A stretch of 64,000 nt of DNA, from assembly GCA_047495785.1 (NCBI GenBank), contig JBLDXI010000085.1, positions 186,001 through 250,000 on the forward strand, written 5' to 3'. Of the stretch, positions 24,385 to 38,487 are shown piece by piece. The stretch is from Lepidodermella squamata (taxonomy: Eukaryota; Animalia; Gastrotricha). The notes below the pieces were generated by a model. That model saw only the letters and a program-made list of their open reading frames with translations, did no database searches and was not told where the DNA came from. Each line of letters opens with the position of its first letter. The first letter of the stretch is position 1. Made by a program: the position numbers and the translations under genes.

Positions 24385-27300
24385 ATGAAACGGATACTAG
24401 CCCTCGTACTACTTGTTAGCTTCATAGCAAATTCCCTAGGGATAGTAAGTACTCTCTACTTGCTGTTACCTATCAACAACCATTTGGTTTCCAGGACCCG
24501 GAGCTTGAAGATGTACTCAGGCAATTGAGTGATGCGATTCGTGCCAATAACGGTCTGCCACCGGTAATTTCTCGAGAAAAATTCAAAATTGAAATGGCTT
24601 TCATTTTATTTTCAAGGCTGGCCATAGCGTCCCACTTAAGCTGTGCGGCATTCCAGATCTGAAAACCGCGAAAGCAAAGCTGAGGCGACAGCGAGGCGAT
24701 GCTGATGCTGAACCATTTCTGGCCGGTGTGAACTCGAAAGCCAATTTATGGACTTTTCCCATCCGATACAAACTCGAAAATACATACAGTCAGTTTAACA
24801 GTCATCTTCACTTTTTTCCATCTTGTCCTTATATAAGACTATTACAGCGGTTTTCAATTTTTTAGGTCCTATTTTGAGCTTAATTATCCTTTCATCGAAT
24901 ATTTTTCCATATTTTTCCGAATTTTTTGTTTATTTACTTTATTTACTATCATCGGTGAGGCAGCAAAAGTCAAATTTGTTATCATTTTATTTTCCACTTT
25001 AATCCGGATTTTTAAATAAATAAAAAAATAGGTGCCGATCAAAAAGCAATCATCCGCGCCGGTCTTGATCGCTGGGAACAGCTTACATGTGCCCGCTTTG
25101 TCGAAGATCCCAATCTGTCGAAAAATAAGACTGGCCTCAATGTCTTCAAAGGATCTGGGTGCGTCAATTTCTCATATTATTTTCTTGACCGAATAAACAT
25201 CTTGACTAATTCTTAGGTGCTGGTCTTGGATTGGGATGGTGAACGATGGACAACTGCAAGATGTGTCTCTGAGTGACAGCTGCATGGAGGTATCTATCGC
25301 TTCCTTCTTGAGCTGTGTTTCCATTTGAAAGCATCAACCATATAGGAAATCACTGTAGCTCATGAATTCGGCCACGCTCTGGGAATGGTTTAGTTTCTTT
25401 GCTATTAAAATACCAAGGTCCTAACCTCAATGTTTTCAGGAACACGAGCAATCGAGAACAGATCGCGATAACTATGTCCGAATTAACTATAAAAATATTA
25501 TTCCGTAAGTTTTGATAAAAGCTATGTTAAAAACCGGCGTAATGACTAACATCTGGTGTTTCATTTCAGTGGCTATGAATACAACTTCGACATTGCCCTG
25601 AACGATGAGAATTACAATGTGCCTTATACCTACGATTCAATCATGCACTATGCATGGGACAGTTTCGCCAGCACCCAAGGCGTGCGAACCATCGAGCCGT
25701 ATGATAAGCGATTCCTATTCACTCTTCATCAGCATAACTACATCGCTTTCGGAGATGCGAAAAGGATTAACATACGGTATAATTGCGGTAAGTGTATTTC
25801 ATTTTCCGGCTTCATTTTACGAATATTTATTATTATTTTTCAATTATTTTTTTTAGTTAATTTTTTTATTAATTTTTTAATCGTAAGTAATTAATTCGTC
25901 ACACTTTATTTTGTTCGAACTTCCAACAAATTTGATGATTGTTATTTCGAATTTTTTTAAATTGATGATAATTCTTAGCTTTGGTATTCTTCCAAGTTAA
26001 CTTCCCAATTAACTGCTTTCAGTCGAAACGTCATGCGATGGCAAGCCTCTACCGCAACCTTGTCAGAACGGAGGCTATCAGAATCCGAATGACTGTTCCA
26101 AGTGCCTATGCCCAGATGGTCTAGGTGGCGATTACTGTCAGACCTACGGCCCATACAAAGGCCCCGTTCGATGCGGCGGTTACATCGATATAAAACCTTG
26201 CGGCTACAATTCGATCACCTCACCTGGTTACCCGAAACAGTACAACAAAGATTCGGCTTGCAACTGGTGGATTAGAGCGGTAAATTCTCTATACATTGTG
26301 TCGACCTCTTAACCTATAAGTTTATACTTTCAGCCTGCTGGATCTGGTTTGGTCTTCGCCTATGAAAAAACACCCGAGCTTCCGATCGATAGATTCAGTA
26401 AGAAGAAGATAGGAAAATATTCTTATATTATCTGAGTGTTTCCAGATGGGAAAAGTTGCGGAGATTACGTTTCAATACGTGACTTGAGCAATGTCGATAG
26501 ATCAGCAATGAGGTTTTTGATTTTTTCTCGGGTTTGTTGGTGCGATGTCGCTTTATTTTCCACAGATTTTGCACCGCGAGCGTTTCCAATGGTCGCATGT
26601 ACTCAACCAACGACAATCAAGCCATTGTCACATTCGGAACTCAAGGCTCCTCGCGAGGCAATATCGGGTTCAATTTGACCATCTACGCAACTTGCCCGGG
26701 TACAACGGCCAGCTCGCTAACCAAGGAGTGCCGGATAACGGAGAGCGGCCGTGACTATGAAGGCCTGGGTGTTACTGTGTCTTTGACGGGTCAATCCTGC
26801 ATGCCGTGGTCTAGCAGATCGAATGTGAAAGACCTGCGACTTCCAATGGGCGATGTTGCTGCGTCCGGGAAAGCTTGCCGTGCTTTCAATAACGAGGACA
26901 GGCCTGTGTGTTATGTTGCCTCAAACGCATATAGCCCCTGCCGACTCGTCCCCAAATGCCCAACTAGTAAGTGTTTTACAGCCGCAATTTAGGGCTTATT
27001 TTCCTAATCACAATTCTCGGAAAATCAGCTTGCTCGTGAAAGCTAGTAGGGTGCCCAAAAGCTTAACTTGATATAGAAAAGGGTGGTTTTTCTAGTTTGG
27101 TTACACAGCCTACATTGATTGGACACCGATCCTACAAAGAAACCTCTTTCCATCCCTGGCAGCTCAAAGAATCACACCCTTGGTTTAAGGTTCTCCAACC
27201 TATCTCATATATTTCTTGGTTGCCTTGGGTACAAACCAGCAATAGACTAGCGTTATCGGTTCTCCCTGTCTCTCATGCCAAACTTAGCAACTCCTTTTTT

Positions 27301-28601
27301 CATCAAGCTTTCTGTAGCAATGCGTGCCAGAACGGTGGGAAATGTGTTGGCGTGGAGGTTTGCAGTTGTCCAACTGGATGGACCGGCAAAACCTGCACAA
27401 CTCGTTCGATTGCACTCTTCGATTTTCCAATCTCAACGCCGTATGCCAGATGCTTTCTGAAAAGCACTGGCGATCTATCGACTTGTCGGTTGGCCGAGAG
27501 CTGCCGAGAGTTCGAGTACTCGGTTGCGTAACTTCAAAAATTGTGATATTATCGATTTGAAAAATGTGAATTTTCATTCAAGGACGGTCGAATTTTTTCA
27601 AGTTACCAATCTTGCGAGAGAGGCGTGAGTAATTGGTTGTTGTTTCTTATATAATAATTGCCTGCTTTTTACAACAGGCTGTAAGCTACTGCTTTTCACC
27701 CGGAACTGCCGAGTTCAACTGCCGATTTGGAGATTGCAAAAATGATGAAAAACGGGTAAAATCCTAGTTTTATTTCAGAATTTGATGTAATTCGGGCCTC
27801 TTTGTATTTCAGATAAAAATCTTCTCCAACTCTCGATTTTTCGTTGCTGAGAATTTGATGGAATGCCGCAATCTGGCTTTCCCGGTAAAATATTTCCCGA
27901 TTTAATGAAACTCGTCGAACCCTTTTTATCACCAGATGAAATACTATCGGTGGTCCAGCTCGAATTTCACGAAAATCGCATGCCGACCCACGAGAGGCCA
28001 TAAACATGGAGAGGTTGGTTCCGATTCAAGTTCAATGTTCTTGCTCACGTTTCCCTTGCAGGTCCTAAACGGCGTTTACTCAGATCGGGCTGGTTGCCTC
28101 GCCAGTATGCAAGGATCCAGATTTTCCAGATCTGAATGACTTTTTATTTTCAGATACGATCGCTGACCAGCCTGTGGTTCGTTGCTACAAGAAATCGAAT
28201 GGCAACTTCGAAACATGCCGACCTGTTTGCTCGAATGACGAATTCCCGGTAAAATTTCGCTAAATTTCCCGCAGTTTAATTAAAGTTGATGCAAATTTTA
28301 GAACGAGCCAAAGTATATCTTCAAAAACTTGGCTATTTGTCTGAGAGGGGTAAGATTTTCGTGCAGTATTATCTGTTAACCTCCCGAATTTTCGATTTAT
28401 AGGGGGCCCGGCTGTGTAGTCGTAATCGCAACCAGAAATATTGCACGGGGTCGAACAGATCGTGCAAGAAACAAGTAAATCCAAAATAATTCTATGATAT
28501 TCTCATATTTTGCATTTATTTATGTGTGATAGATCAAGATTTTCGGATCATCGGAGCTGTTTGCCGACAATCTTGCAGCATGCAAAGCAGCCAATAATTG
28601 A
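24385..28601 (+). CDS. Astacin metalloprotease A4 (22 exons; exons 13 and 14 fused)
   Basis: Signal MKRILALVLLVSFIANSLG; LCGIPD; HEFGHALGM|EHEQSRTDRD; YDSIMHY; EGF-CUB-kringle-EGF-five repeats; frame open to TGA at 28599-28601. Confidence 0.88.
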
Positions 28602-29464
28602 AGATGAAAGAGCGCATCAAAATGTACATGACCTTATTATTGAGTTTTGAGCTGATTTTTTTGTGGTTTCCTTATAAACAATGCTAAGTACTATGGTTGT
28701 ACTGCTAATAGAAAAATTATATTTATTTTTCGATTATTTAATGAATCATCTCTGATCTCATTGCGGAGATTTGTGATTTGTGTTTGGAGAGTTGAATAAT
28801 AAAGAGAAATTGCTTCCAGCTTGTAAGAGTTTAACATCTGTCGGAATAAAATAAATATTTGAAATTAAAAATTAAAACAGTGCCCCGCTCCCAATATGCA
28901 AAAGGGGAGAACCATCAAATTTGAGGTTTTCACATCCAATTTGGGACTTTCACCAACAAACCGGAAAATTCAACATCAACTCCAGGGTTTCTACTATGTA
29001 TAGAGCTTTCACCAACGAAACAAAATACCGCCAGCAATTAGGGTTTTCGCAATGGTCAGAATCGATAAGTCTGGGAATAGGAAGCAATCTATTTTAATTT
29101 CCTAGATGACGTCGCTGACCACGAAAATCCAATATATCCCAGATTTTTCGATTCTGACCATCCGTGGTTTCCGTGCCAAAATGTGTAAAAATTGGCTGGC
29201 CGCTTGTGGCCAGAAAATCGGGGTTTGAGGGTCACATCAATTCATAGGCTTTGTAGGAGTTGTATATGAGCTCGCTAGAAGTTGATTGATTCAAGTCTGA
29301 GTATAATTATAACTTATTTTATTTTGAAAGATAAACGCTCTGAGACTACAGCTTTTCTACACGATAATCCTTATTAACAACCGCAATTGAAACTTTCCAT
29401 CTCATTTCTAATATCACTACTTCTTCACATACTTCAAGCTTCATCTTTTAGTATTACTATATTC

Positions 29465-31731
29465 TCATAGCGTTTTCTGGCAAATGACATTATTCATGGG
29501 ATCAGCACAATTTTTCGTGACAAAGTAAAAGTCAGTTTTCGGGTAGCCATTTTCTGCAAAGAAAACCTGCATTACAACGCAAGTTTCGTAGGCTGCTTCC
29601 TTCGACCATTGAACAGCGACATAAGGTACAGTCGAACCATCGTCCGCTATCAAAATGCCATTCTGATAGTGGAGACCGACCCAGGGCGAGGCTGCACGTC
29701 CCACAGCCAGCGCTTGCCTCACCTCATCCAGATCTGCGTCCGACTTGACCAGGGCAATTGTGGCACCAAAATTACCACAGGCCGCATTGGCTTTGGATTT
29801 GACGCCGAATGCGTCGATTGTGAAGTACTGCCGTCTCGGAGCCATGCAGCTGGTTTCGTCCGGATAAATGACATCAGGCGGCAGTCGACCTTCCCAGGTA
29901 TTTTCGCATTTGCCTAAAGCGGTATTCACGCATCGAGCCGTAATGTTACTGAAGCGAACACAACGGATAAAACCAGGCTGTAAAAAAATCGAAACTTCAT
30001 CGATAGTAATTCAGGTCTGTAAAACAACGAAAATAAATTAGATTTATTGGCCAAATTTGAGTTGTCGATCTCTTAAATTCGATTGTTTGAATCGATAATT
30101 GCAAAATAACAGAAAACTCCGATTAGACTTTAGACCTAAAGAGCTTTCAGATTAAGATTTTAGATCAAAATTTCGGCCTGCTAAAATAGAATGGCTCTAC
30201 GCCATGGAAGGAAAATCGGATATTTTGCTCGCACGCTATAGAGCGGTTTCTCATTCATCGATTGATAGCTTTATCGATATTGGCAAAAATAATTACTTTA
30301 TTTTATGTAAGTTCGTTTTGCTGGCCTGAAAAGGCGAGCGTAAATAAAACTCTTAAAACTTTGATATAAATACACTGTGAAAAACATTATAGGTAATTAT
30401 GGATGCGAACTCACCGCTAGGGTTGGCGGTAGATTCGCACGGCATTCGTCGTGGTTCTGTTGGAAGGTCGGCTTTTCGATGTACGATTGACCCTAAAATT
30501 GGCAGAATAATAATTAGAGAAAAAATCGAGGCCGCTGGCTGAGAGTTACCTCAGTTAGATCATTAGGACAATCTGCGTAGCAGGATTCCAAAAACGACTT
30601 GGCCACGCATGAATGGGCATCCTGTTCAAAATGTATGATAACGGCGAGAAGTGCAATTTTTTAATAACTTACTCCTACGAGGCAAGTTTCCTTATCGGCA
30701 AATGGGGTGCTCGAAAACATCTGGGTTTCCGTGCCAGCGTTGCAGCCAGGGCTCTGTGGTCGGCAGGCGTTGAATTTGCCGGTTGTCGAATCGAAGCATC
30801 GAACGTGAGGCGTTTTGACTGGAACTGTGACTGGGAAAAGCATGAAACGAAGATTCAGAAAGTGTTGGTGCATGGGGAAATTTACAAACCCGTTGCATTG
30901 ATACAAGACGCAAGATTTTGAAACAGAGTTGTTCCATTTGCCTAGAAATAACCAAGAATTAGATTTGAAGAAGCGAACAAGTTTTAAACATCTAACCAAG
31001 TTGTTCGGGCAGCCGAACGGAACTGGCACACAGGTCTCCGTGCTGTTGCTAGTTGTGCATTGCCTGAATTGCAAATTCTAAAAAAAACATGAAATATAAC
31101 ATGAATTTTTTTTAATTTTTCCGAATTATTACATTGAAGGCAGCTCTCTTCTTCTCGCAGTCGTTGAGGTTGGGTCGCAAGTTCATAACGGGGTTGGGAT
31201 TACCAAACCAGAACAACTGAAAATTATGGAAAAAAATGATTAGGGGGCAACAATTTTCCTATAATTTCAAGGTTTCAAATTGTCATAGTTTTTTAGAAAG
31301 TAGATAATTCGGAAATTAAAACAACTCACAGCCATTTCGTTAGGTTTGTTACAACCGATGTTTGCGGGCACGCAATATGGGGTCCGCGTCTTGTAATTGT
31401 AGCACATGAGACCATTCTATTAGAAAAAAATTAGAGCACGATAGATAATAGCTGAAAAAACTCACCCCACGGTGGCAAACGCCTACTCTAAGGAACGACC
31501 GGCCCAACTATTGATCGATAGATTACCAAGGTGTTTGAAAAACGTGAATTCGACGAAAACCTGATAATCGGTGCGGTTATTGCAGCCGTCGGCGGCTCCA
31601 ACGCAGTCAGTGAATTTGTTTGTGGATTGGGAGAAGCATCGAACCCAGTTCACCGGCTTCTTCTTACAAGCCACTTCGCTACATGCCAGTATCAAAGCCA
31701 ACAACAATACGGCGTTGAAATAACCAATCAT
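29465..31731 (-). CDS. Secreted six-repeat + C-type-lectin-like protein L1 (10 exons, divergent paralogue)
   Basis: Signal MIGYFNAVLLLALILACSEVAC; repeats such as WVRCFSQSTNKFTDCVGAADGCNNRTDYQ|LGRSFLRVGVCHRG; CTLD ANAACGNFGATIA..PWVGL..DDGS..TCVVM..KNCADPMNNVICQK. Same 10-exon structure as L2, L3 and L6. Confidence 0.85.
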
Positions 31732-33919
31732 TTTATTATTCAAACTTCAACTACAAATAAATTGAATGAAAAAACAGACCTTATAAAACATGAATGGCGA
31801 TGCTAGTCCTTTTTTTACAGGCCGCTGCCTATCGCTGTGTTTGAGCACACTTTCTAAATTCACGCGTTGAAAATGTTTGAAAAACATTACTTAAAGCGGT
31901 CTGTTGTAACCTTGAAACTAGGGCGTTCAAAGGTTGCTTGAAGCTAATGCCAAAATTTGGCTCGAAAGTGCAACGGGTGAATTCTCATCAATGGCGATCT
32001 ATTTTTGTCCGCTGTTTTTCTACTACGCACTTTTTGGCTCATCAGCCAGGAGAAAATCGCGTATCCGTTGTTGATGACTGAAAAAGCAGAGAAATGAAAT
32101 AATGAGGTTATGAGGTTAAATCTCATTCATTTTTTTTCTAAATTCCACTACTTTTATACTGAAAGTAGGATGAAGCGTTCGGTCCTATTGCATGATCCTG
32201 GGCGCCCTGACGAAGGCGGAAGGATAACAGATTATCTTTTAGGTTATTAGGCTATTGCGGATCCATAATTAACTGTATCTGAACCAAATCGGCAGCAATC
32301 GCTAGCAAGAGGCGTATTTTCGAAATATTCCTTTAGCTATAGGTATGGACTTTGTCGTGTTCCGAAAAAAGAGGACTTGGCCTTGTACTGCATATCACGG
32401 CAAATCATGGCATTATCAAAGAAGTTTTTCCAATAATTGAAGACATTTCAGAATAATTTCGGAAGGTTGGTTTTAGGCAAATTTATGAAGATATTTATTC
32501 GATTTTTGTTTTATTTATTGGTGAAATTTCAGAACATTTGTCATACGCGGTTTCAGTGACTGCTTTTGCTCCAATAGGACCCCAAGGCTGAGAACCCAAT
32601 TCGAGTCGTTAGAAAACTGTAAACAGTAAAACTCCCGTTAAAAAAGTTAATAATTACCGAATTTTTCATAATTTTCAAGTTGAAATTTTAGGGCTGCCGT
32701 AGGAAAATAGTATGTGGTTTTTGAAAAATGCTTTTGAATCTTGGCGACTCGGCCCAAGTCGCATAACAGCCAAAACCAGCCAAAGTTCCACAGTATCACA
32801 GCTCGAATTGTTTTGGCCAAAATGGCTCGGCAAACATTAGAATTAAGACGAATCTTCCAATTTGTAATCTCGCCAGAAACTGGAATCTTTGCGATTTCTG
32901 AGTTCTGCTCCAACTGTTAGCTATGATATGATTGTTCTCTCATTCTTATCACGTTTTGAATTTTAAAACAACGGCAAATGAGCTGTCATAGCTTTTTGAA
33001 AATCCTCATGCGAAAGGCGAGGCTTGAAGTGCCGTCGCCAATTTATTATGACGATCACAAACAAGTTTTATTTCGAAATCGAGGCTTTTTTATATGTGAT
33101 AAAAGTTGTACTGGCTTACTACCGTTACACTTTCAAAATCACATTTTTTGTGACAGAAATCACGTATTTGTAGCGCCAATCTGACTGCGTATTATCTTTT
33201 GAATGAACGATTGTGGCACACGTTTGGCCTCACGTTTAAAACGTTGAAAATAAGATTAAATGTGATTTTATCTACACTGTACCGTAATCCAGTACAACTT
33301 TGAACATTTCACTGAAACCATGGGGATCTAACCTTGGAATTTTCACTGATTCTTTTAGATCTCGTTGACATTTTGCCAAAAGTTTCATCAACACAGCCCC
33401 AACAGTCTCTGCCTTCAAAATTGCCGAAAAACCAACGTTTTGGTCTACTTTGAAGTGTTGTCCTGCGATAACCGCAGCAGATATCCGCGCGCTCGAACTT
33501 GGCGAATTCAAGCTTATACTTTTCTGAAGAAGTAGCCAAAAAGGCTTGAATTCGAAGTACTTCTGTTCTCCATGGTTCTCTATGAAGCAAACCAGTGAGG
33601 TGAAAATTGCAAATTTCACGCAAAATTCTCTGCGCCCGAATAAAGGTGGATTTTTTATTTCACGAAATCTTGATGTTCAAAGTTGTACTCCGCTGTTCTG
33701 TGTGTGTTGTGTTGTACTTTTGGAGTACCCCTTGCCAAATCCATACGCTTGCGAATTTTCGAGAATAAAAAATATCAGGATATTTCGGTGGGCGGCCCCA
33801 GTCGAACCACGTTGATAACCCGACCAAAATCGCATCTGTTGAATTTACACAGCACATTGAATTTTGCATGGACGCAGGTGTTCAAAGTTGTACCAGATTA
33901 CGGTATTTGTTTAGATGCG

Positions 33920-36900
33920 ATGAAACCCTTGTTTGTTATCACACTGTTGATCAGCTTCGCGGTAATTTCTCAAGGAATTGTAAGACATTTCACCCATTGA
34001 TAGTATAACACTACTTATGTGTATCTTACTAGAGCCCGGAGCATGAAGAAGTTCTTTGGGAGTTGACTGATGCGATTCGTGCGAAACATGGTCTGCCACC
34101 GGTTAATTATCGAAAAATATCTTGGATTCAAATATTTGATCAATCTCAATTACCAGGCTGATCGTAGTGTGCCATTGAGTCTATGCGGTATCCCAGATCT
34201 GGATACAGCGAAAGCACTACTCAGGCGAGAACTGGCAATCGACGATGACGAGCCGTTTGTTGCCGGAGTGAGGTCGACGGCTAACTTGTGGACTTTCCCT
34301 GTTCGATTCAAATTCGATCCAGATGCTTATAGTGAGTTGAGCAACTTTGCCAAGAGGGGTATCGTACCCCCAGTAGGGGGGCCAAGGTGGAAAATATCAA
34401 ATATGGGCCTGAAAAACCCTAGTTGGAGGATCCTACTTCGCGCACCGGAAGACTAAAGACTTTTATAGAATTTAATTCAATTATTTTCGGAATTTAAAAT
34501 GTGAAATTCGACGAATTTCATACTCAATGGTCTTGATCATCAACTGCGACTTTCTTCTGAAATAATGAGAATTTTATAAAATTATTGCTAGTTGTTACCT
34601 ATAACGTCATCTCGTTATTTCCTAGTATAATTGTCGGACCAAAATAACTATTTGTTTCTAGGGAATGAATCGATGGCGACCATCCGCTTGGGTATCAAAC
34701 TATGGGAAGAACTCACATGTGCTCGGTTTGTCGAAGATCCTTCTCTGCCGGAGAACGAAACGGGCATCTATATCAGAAATTCGGGCGAGTGCGTCGATTT
34801 TTGTCTGATTTTAATTCGACACATTTCAAGCCCTTCAAATCTCTTAGTTGCTCGTCATTGATTGGTAGGTTTCCCGACGGACGGCAGGACATTTCTCTCG
34901 GTCTTGGGTGCGTTGAGGTGAGCATTAGTCGAACCATTAGGTTCTACAACTCATCGATAACTTCCTCTGTACTGCTGTCAACCTAGCCGGGAATTATAGC
35001 TCACGAAATCGGCCACGCTTTGGGACTTGTCAGTTTTTTTTATTGCGAATTGCTTCGATGAATCTTTGAATTTCTTTAGAACCACGAGCATTCTAGAATC
35101 GATCGTGACGAATACGTTCGAGTTATTTACGAAAACATATATGAGTGAGTTTTTTGAAAGCATTATGTAGTAATTTGGTGGGAACATTTTCGTTTGCATT
35201 TAGGAGCTATGCTATCCAATATGAAAAGGACCTGGCAGACGAAAATTACAATATATCGTATGTTTATGATTCTGTCATGCATTACTCTTCGGGCGCGGCC
35301 GCCAAAACATTCGGGTTGCGAACCGTCGAGCCGAAAGATAAACGGTTCTTGTACAACTTGGGGCAGCGGCAGAACATCGCCTTTGGTGACGCAAAGCGAA
35401 TCAACATCCGGTATCAATGCGGTAAGCAGATATTTGTTGAGACTGGACTTTTCTAGTTCTAAAGTACAGCAAAACAGTTGAGTAGTTCTCTAAGGGCCTG
35501 AAATTGAAGGAATACCGTAACGAGGAGAATCTGTATACGAAAGGTTTTTCTCGAACAAGGAAAATTAGCATTTGCCCAAATTTCCACCGAAAAAAGGGCA
35601 AGGTGATTCTTGAATATATTCTAAAATTTCATCCGGCTGGCTAGGAAAAACCTAAAAAGCGGCAGAAATTAGAGCGGGGTGCTCTATAAAGTCCAAAATG
35701 ACCCGATTTGACACGGAACGCCCTGTGGAAACCAATCGTTGATTTTTCACTTTCTTCTCGTATTTTTTATTGCTAATTTCTTTTCTAAAAATGCGACATT
35801 TTTTCTCAGTGGAAAAATCATGCGCCGGAAATCCGCCACCTCAACCATGTCAGAATGGAGGCTATCAGAACCCGAATAATTGTGCCATGTGTCTATGCCC
35901 ACCTGGTCTTGGTGGCGATTTCTGTGAGACCTACGCTCCACACAAAGGCCAAGTGCCTTGCGGGGGTTACGTTGATGTAAACCCGTGCAACTACACTTCG
36001 ATCACATCGCCTGGTTATCCGAACCCCTTTGCTCACAACACGGCCTGCAACTGGTGGATCAGAGCTGTAATTATTTTTACGGCATCCATTTTTTTATTGT
36101 TTTATTTACTCCTTTTCTCTCAGCCTGGTGCAACTGGATTGGTTTTCGCCTTCGAAAAGAAACCCGATATTCCAAAGCCAGAATTTAGTAAGGATCATGC
36201 AATTACTTGAACATTTTACATTCCTATGATGTTTCAGCTGAAGAGCTTTGCGACGATTTCGTTTCGATACGTGATTTTAGAAATATTGATAAATCTGCAA
36301 TGAGGTAAGTAGGGATATTTGTCAATTTAGATCGCACTGATAATACCCCTTTTCACAGAATTTGCTCTCCCGCTATTTCAAACGGTCGGATTTATTCAAC
36401 TGACGACACTCAAGCAATAGTCGTATTTAGAGGCGACGGCGAGTCGCTTAACGCTAAGGGCTTTAAATTGGTCATCTACGCAACGTGCCCGGGTACGACG
36501 GCCAGCTCGTTAACCAAGGAATGTCGAATTACCGAGAGTGGTCGCGACTACGAAGGCCTGGGTGTTACTGTGTCTTTGACGGGTCAATCCTGCAGGCCGT
36601 GGTCTAGCAAGGCGAACGTGAGCGATTTGCAGCTTCCAATGGGTGATGTCAACGCGTCTGCGAATGCTTGCCGTGCGTACACTGGCGGTGATAGGCCTTC
36701 ATGCTACGTCGCCCCAACCGTTTATAGCTCATGCAGCCTGGTTCCTAAATGCCCCACAGGTAAGATTCTGCATGTGCACTGCTCGCCGCTCCTCTTGTGT
36801 TGTGAGGGCTGTCTCAAGCCCAATTCGGCCTGTTTCGGCTATATTGCAAGGGTTGTGGAAAAAAATCAGTCTCAATTTGGGTGCCTTCCAAGCTTAGTAG

Positions 36901-38487
36901 ATTGAGAATTTCCTTACATGGTGACGGGTCATGTATTTTGGAGGTCACTCTAAGAAATATCCTGCGAGTTCAAATCCCGAATCCCATTTTTTCCATTTTC
37001 ACCAATTTCGAAATCCCGAAATTCCAATTTCGAGCTTTTTTCACAGAGTTCGCGAATTAGAAGAGAATCCTCGAACTAGGAGCCCAAATTGTATGACCAA
37101 AGTTTCCCCCAGTCTTTGATGTTCCGGATTTTGCCAATTCTGAAGTTCAATCTGAATGTATTGAACATTTTGTTATAATTTTCAGAAACGAATTACACGG
37201 TTCCAGTGCCACCTCCGGACACAAATTCAACTGTACCAAATCCACCCAATAACACCAATTCCAGTGTACCAAATCCACCTACGGACACAAATTCCACGGT
37301 GCCAATCTCAAACCTATCATACCAAAGGTGTTTCCTGAAGAGCACGGACGACTTCTCTAAATGCCGCGTGGCAATCTCATCTTCCCAAGTCTGTCGGGAG
37401 TTTGAGTACTTGGTAAGGCTATTCATTCATAATCTATGTTGCTGTTGCAATCGCGATTTGTACGATTTCAGGGTGGAAACTTCTCAAGCTTTGATTCTTG
37501 TCAGATGGGTGTAAGTATTGTTAAATGCTAAAACCTCACGAACTATGATAGGTTTTTTGTGTTTCAAACAGCCTGTGAGCTACTGCTTTTCAAACGCAAC
37601 TGCAGACTTCAAATGTCGCCTCGGTGATTGCGAAATGAACGAAACAAGAGTGGGATCAAAATTTAATAAAAAATCAGACGGATATATATTTTATTTCAGA
37701 TCAAAATCTTCTCCAGATCTCGATTTTTCGCCGGCGAAAATTTAATGGACTGCCGCAACTTGGCTTCACCGGTACTTTGGGATAAATTTAATTTCCAAAT
37801 TAGGGAACTTTTTGTAATCTCCAGATGGAACACCTCCGTTGCTTCAACCCTAATTCCGAGAAAATTGCCTGCCGACCTTTTGATGGCTGCATGCCTAGAG
37901 AGGTTAATTGAATTATTTGCTGTCCTATTCTTAGAAATGTTGTTTAGGATCAACTCGGCGGGTACAACGATCGGGCTAGTTGTTTGAACGGTGAGGATTA
38001 TACTACATTATCTGCCCAGGACTGAATAAAATCATTATTTTTAGATACTATGGCTGATGAGCCTGTCGTTCGCTGCTACAAAAAGTTGGGTGGAAGGTTC
38101 GAAACGTGCCGACCTGTTTGTCAAACTGACGAATTCCAGGTGAAAAATGCGTATATAAGTTTCAAGAATTACTAACGGCTGATAATGATTTCAGAATGGC
38201 CCGGTCTATGTCTTCAAAAATCTTGCGGTTTGCCTGAAAGGAGTTTCGTTTATCCAACTTATGTTTCGATGTTATAAATTATTCATGATTTTTCAGGGCG
38301 CCAGGCTGTGTAAGCGTCGAAGCCAGAATTACTGCTCTGGTTCAAACAGATTCTGTAAAAAACAGGTGAATTTGAATAATTTTGCCCCAATTCAACCATG
38401 CTAATCGTTCGATAATAGATCAAGATCTTCGGATCATCGGAGCTATTTGCCGACAATCTCGCAGCATGCAAAGCAGCCAGCATTTGA
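33920..38487 (+). CDS. Astacin metalloprotease A5 (second EGF replaced by a Pro/Thr/Asn-rich linker)
   Basis: Signal MKPLFVITLLISFAVISQG; LCGIPD; HEIGHALGL|NHEHSRIDRD; YDSVMHY; EGF, CUB, kringle, linker, five repeats; frame open to TGA at 38485-38487. Confidence 0.88.

Noticed and set aside
32170-33870. Coding-like stretches between L1 and A5 (signal-like MKRSVLL.., ORFs 33272..33623 and 33660..33869)
   Set aside because: No consistent spliced frame or recognisable domain. At most decayed remnants.
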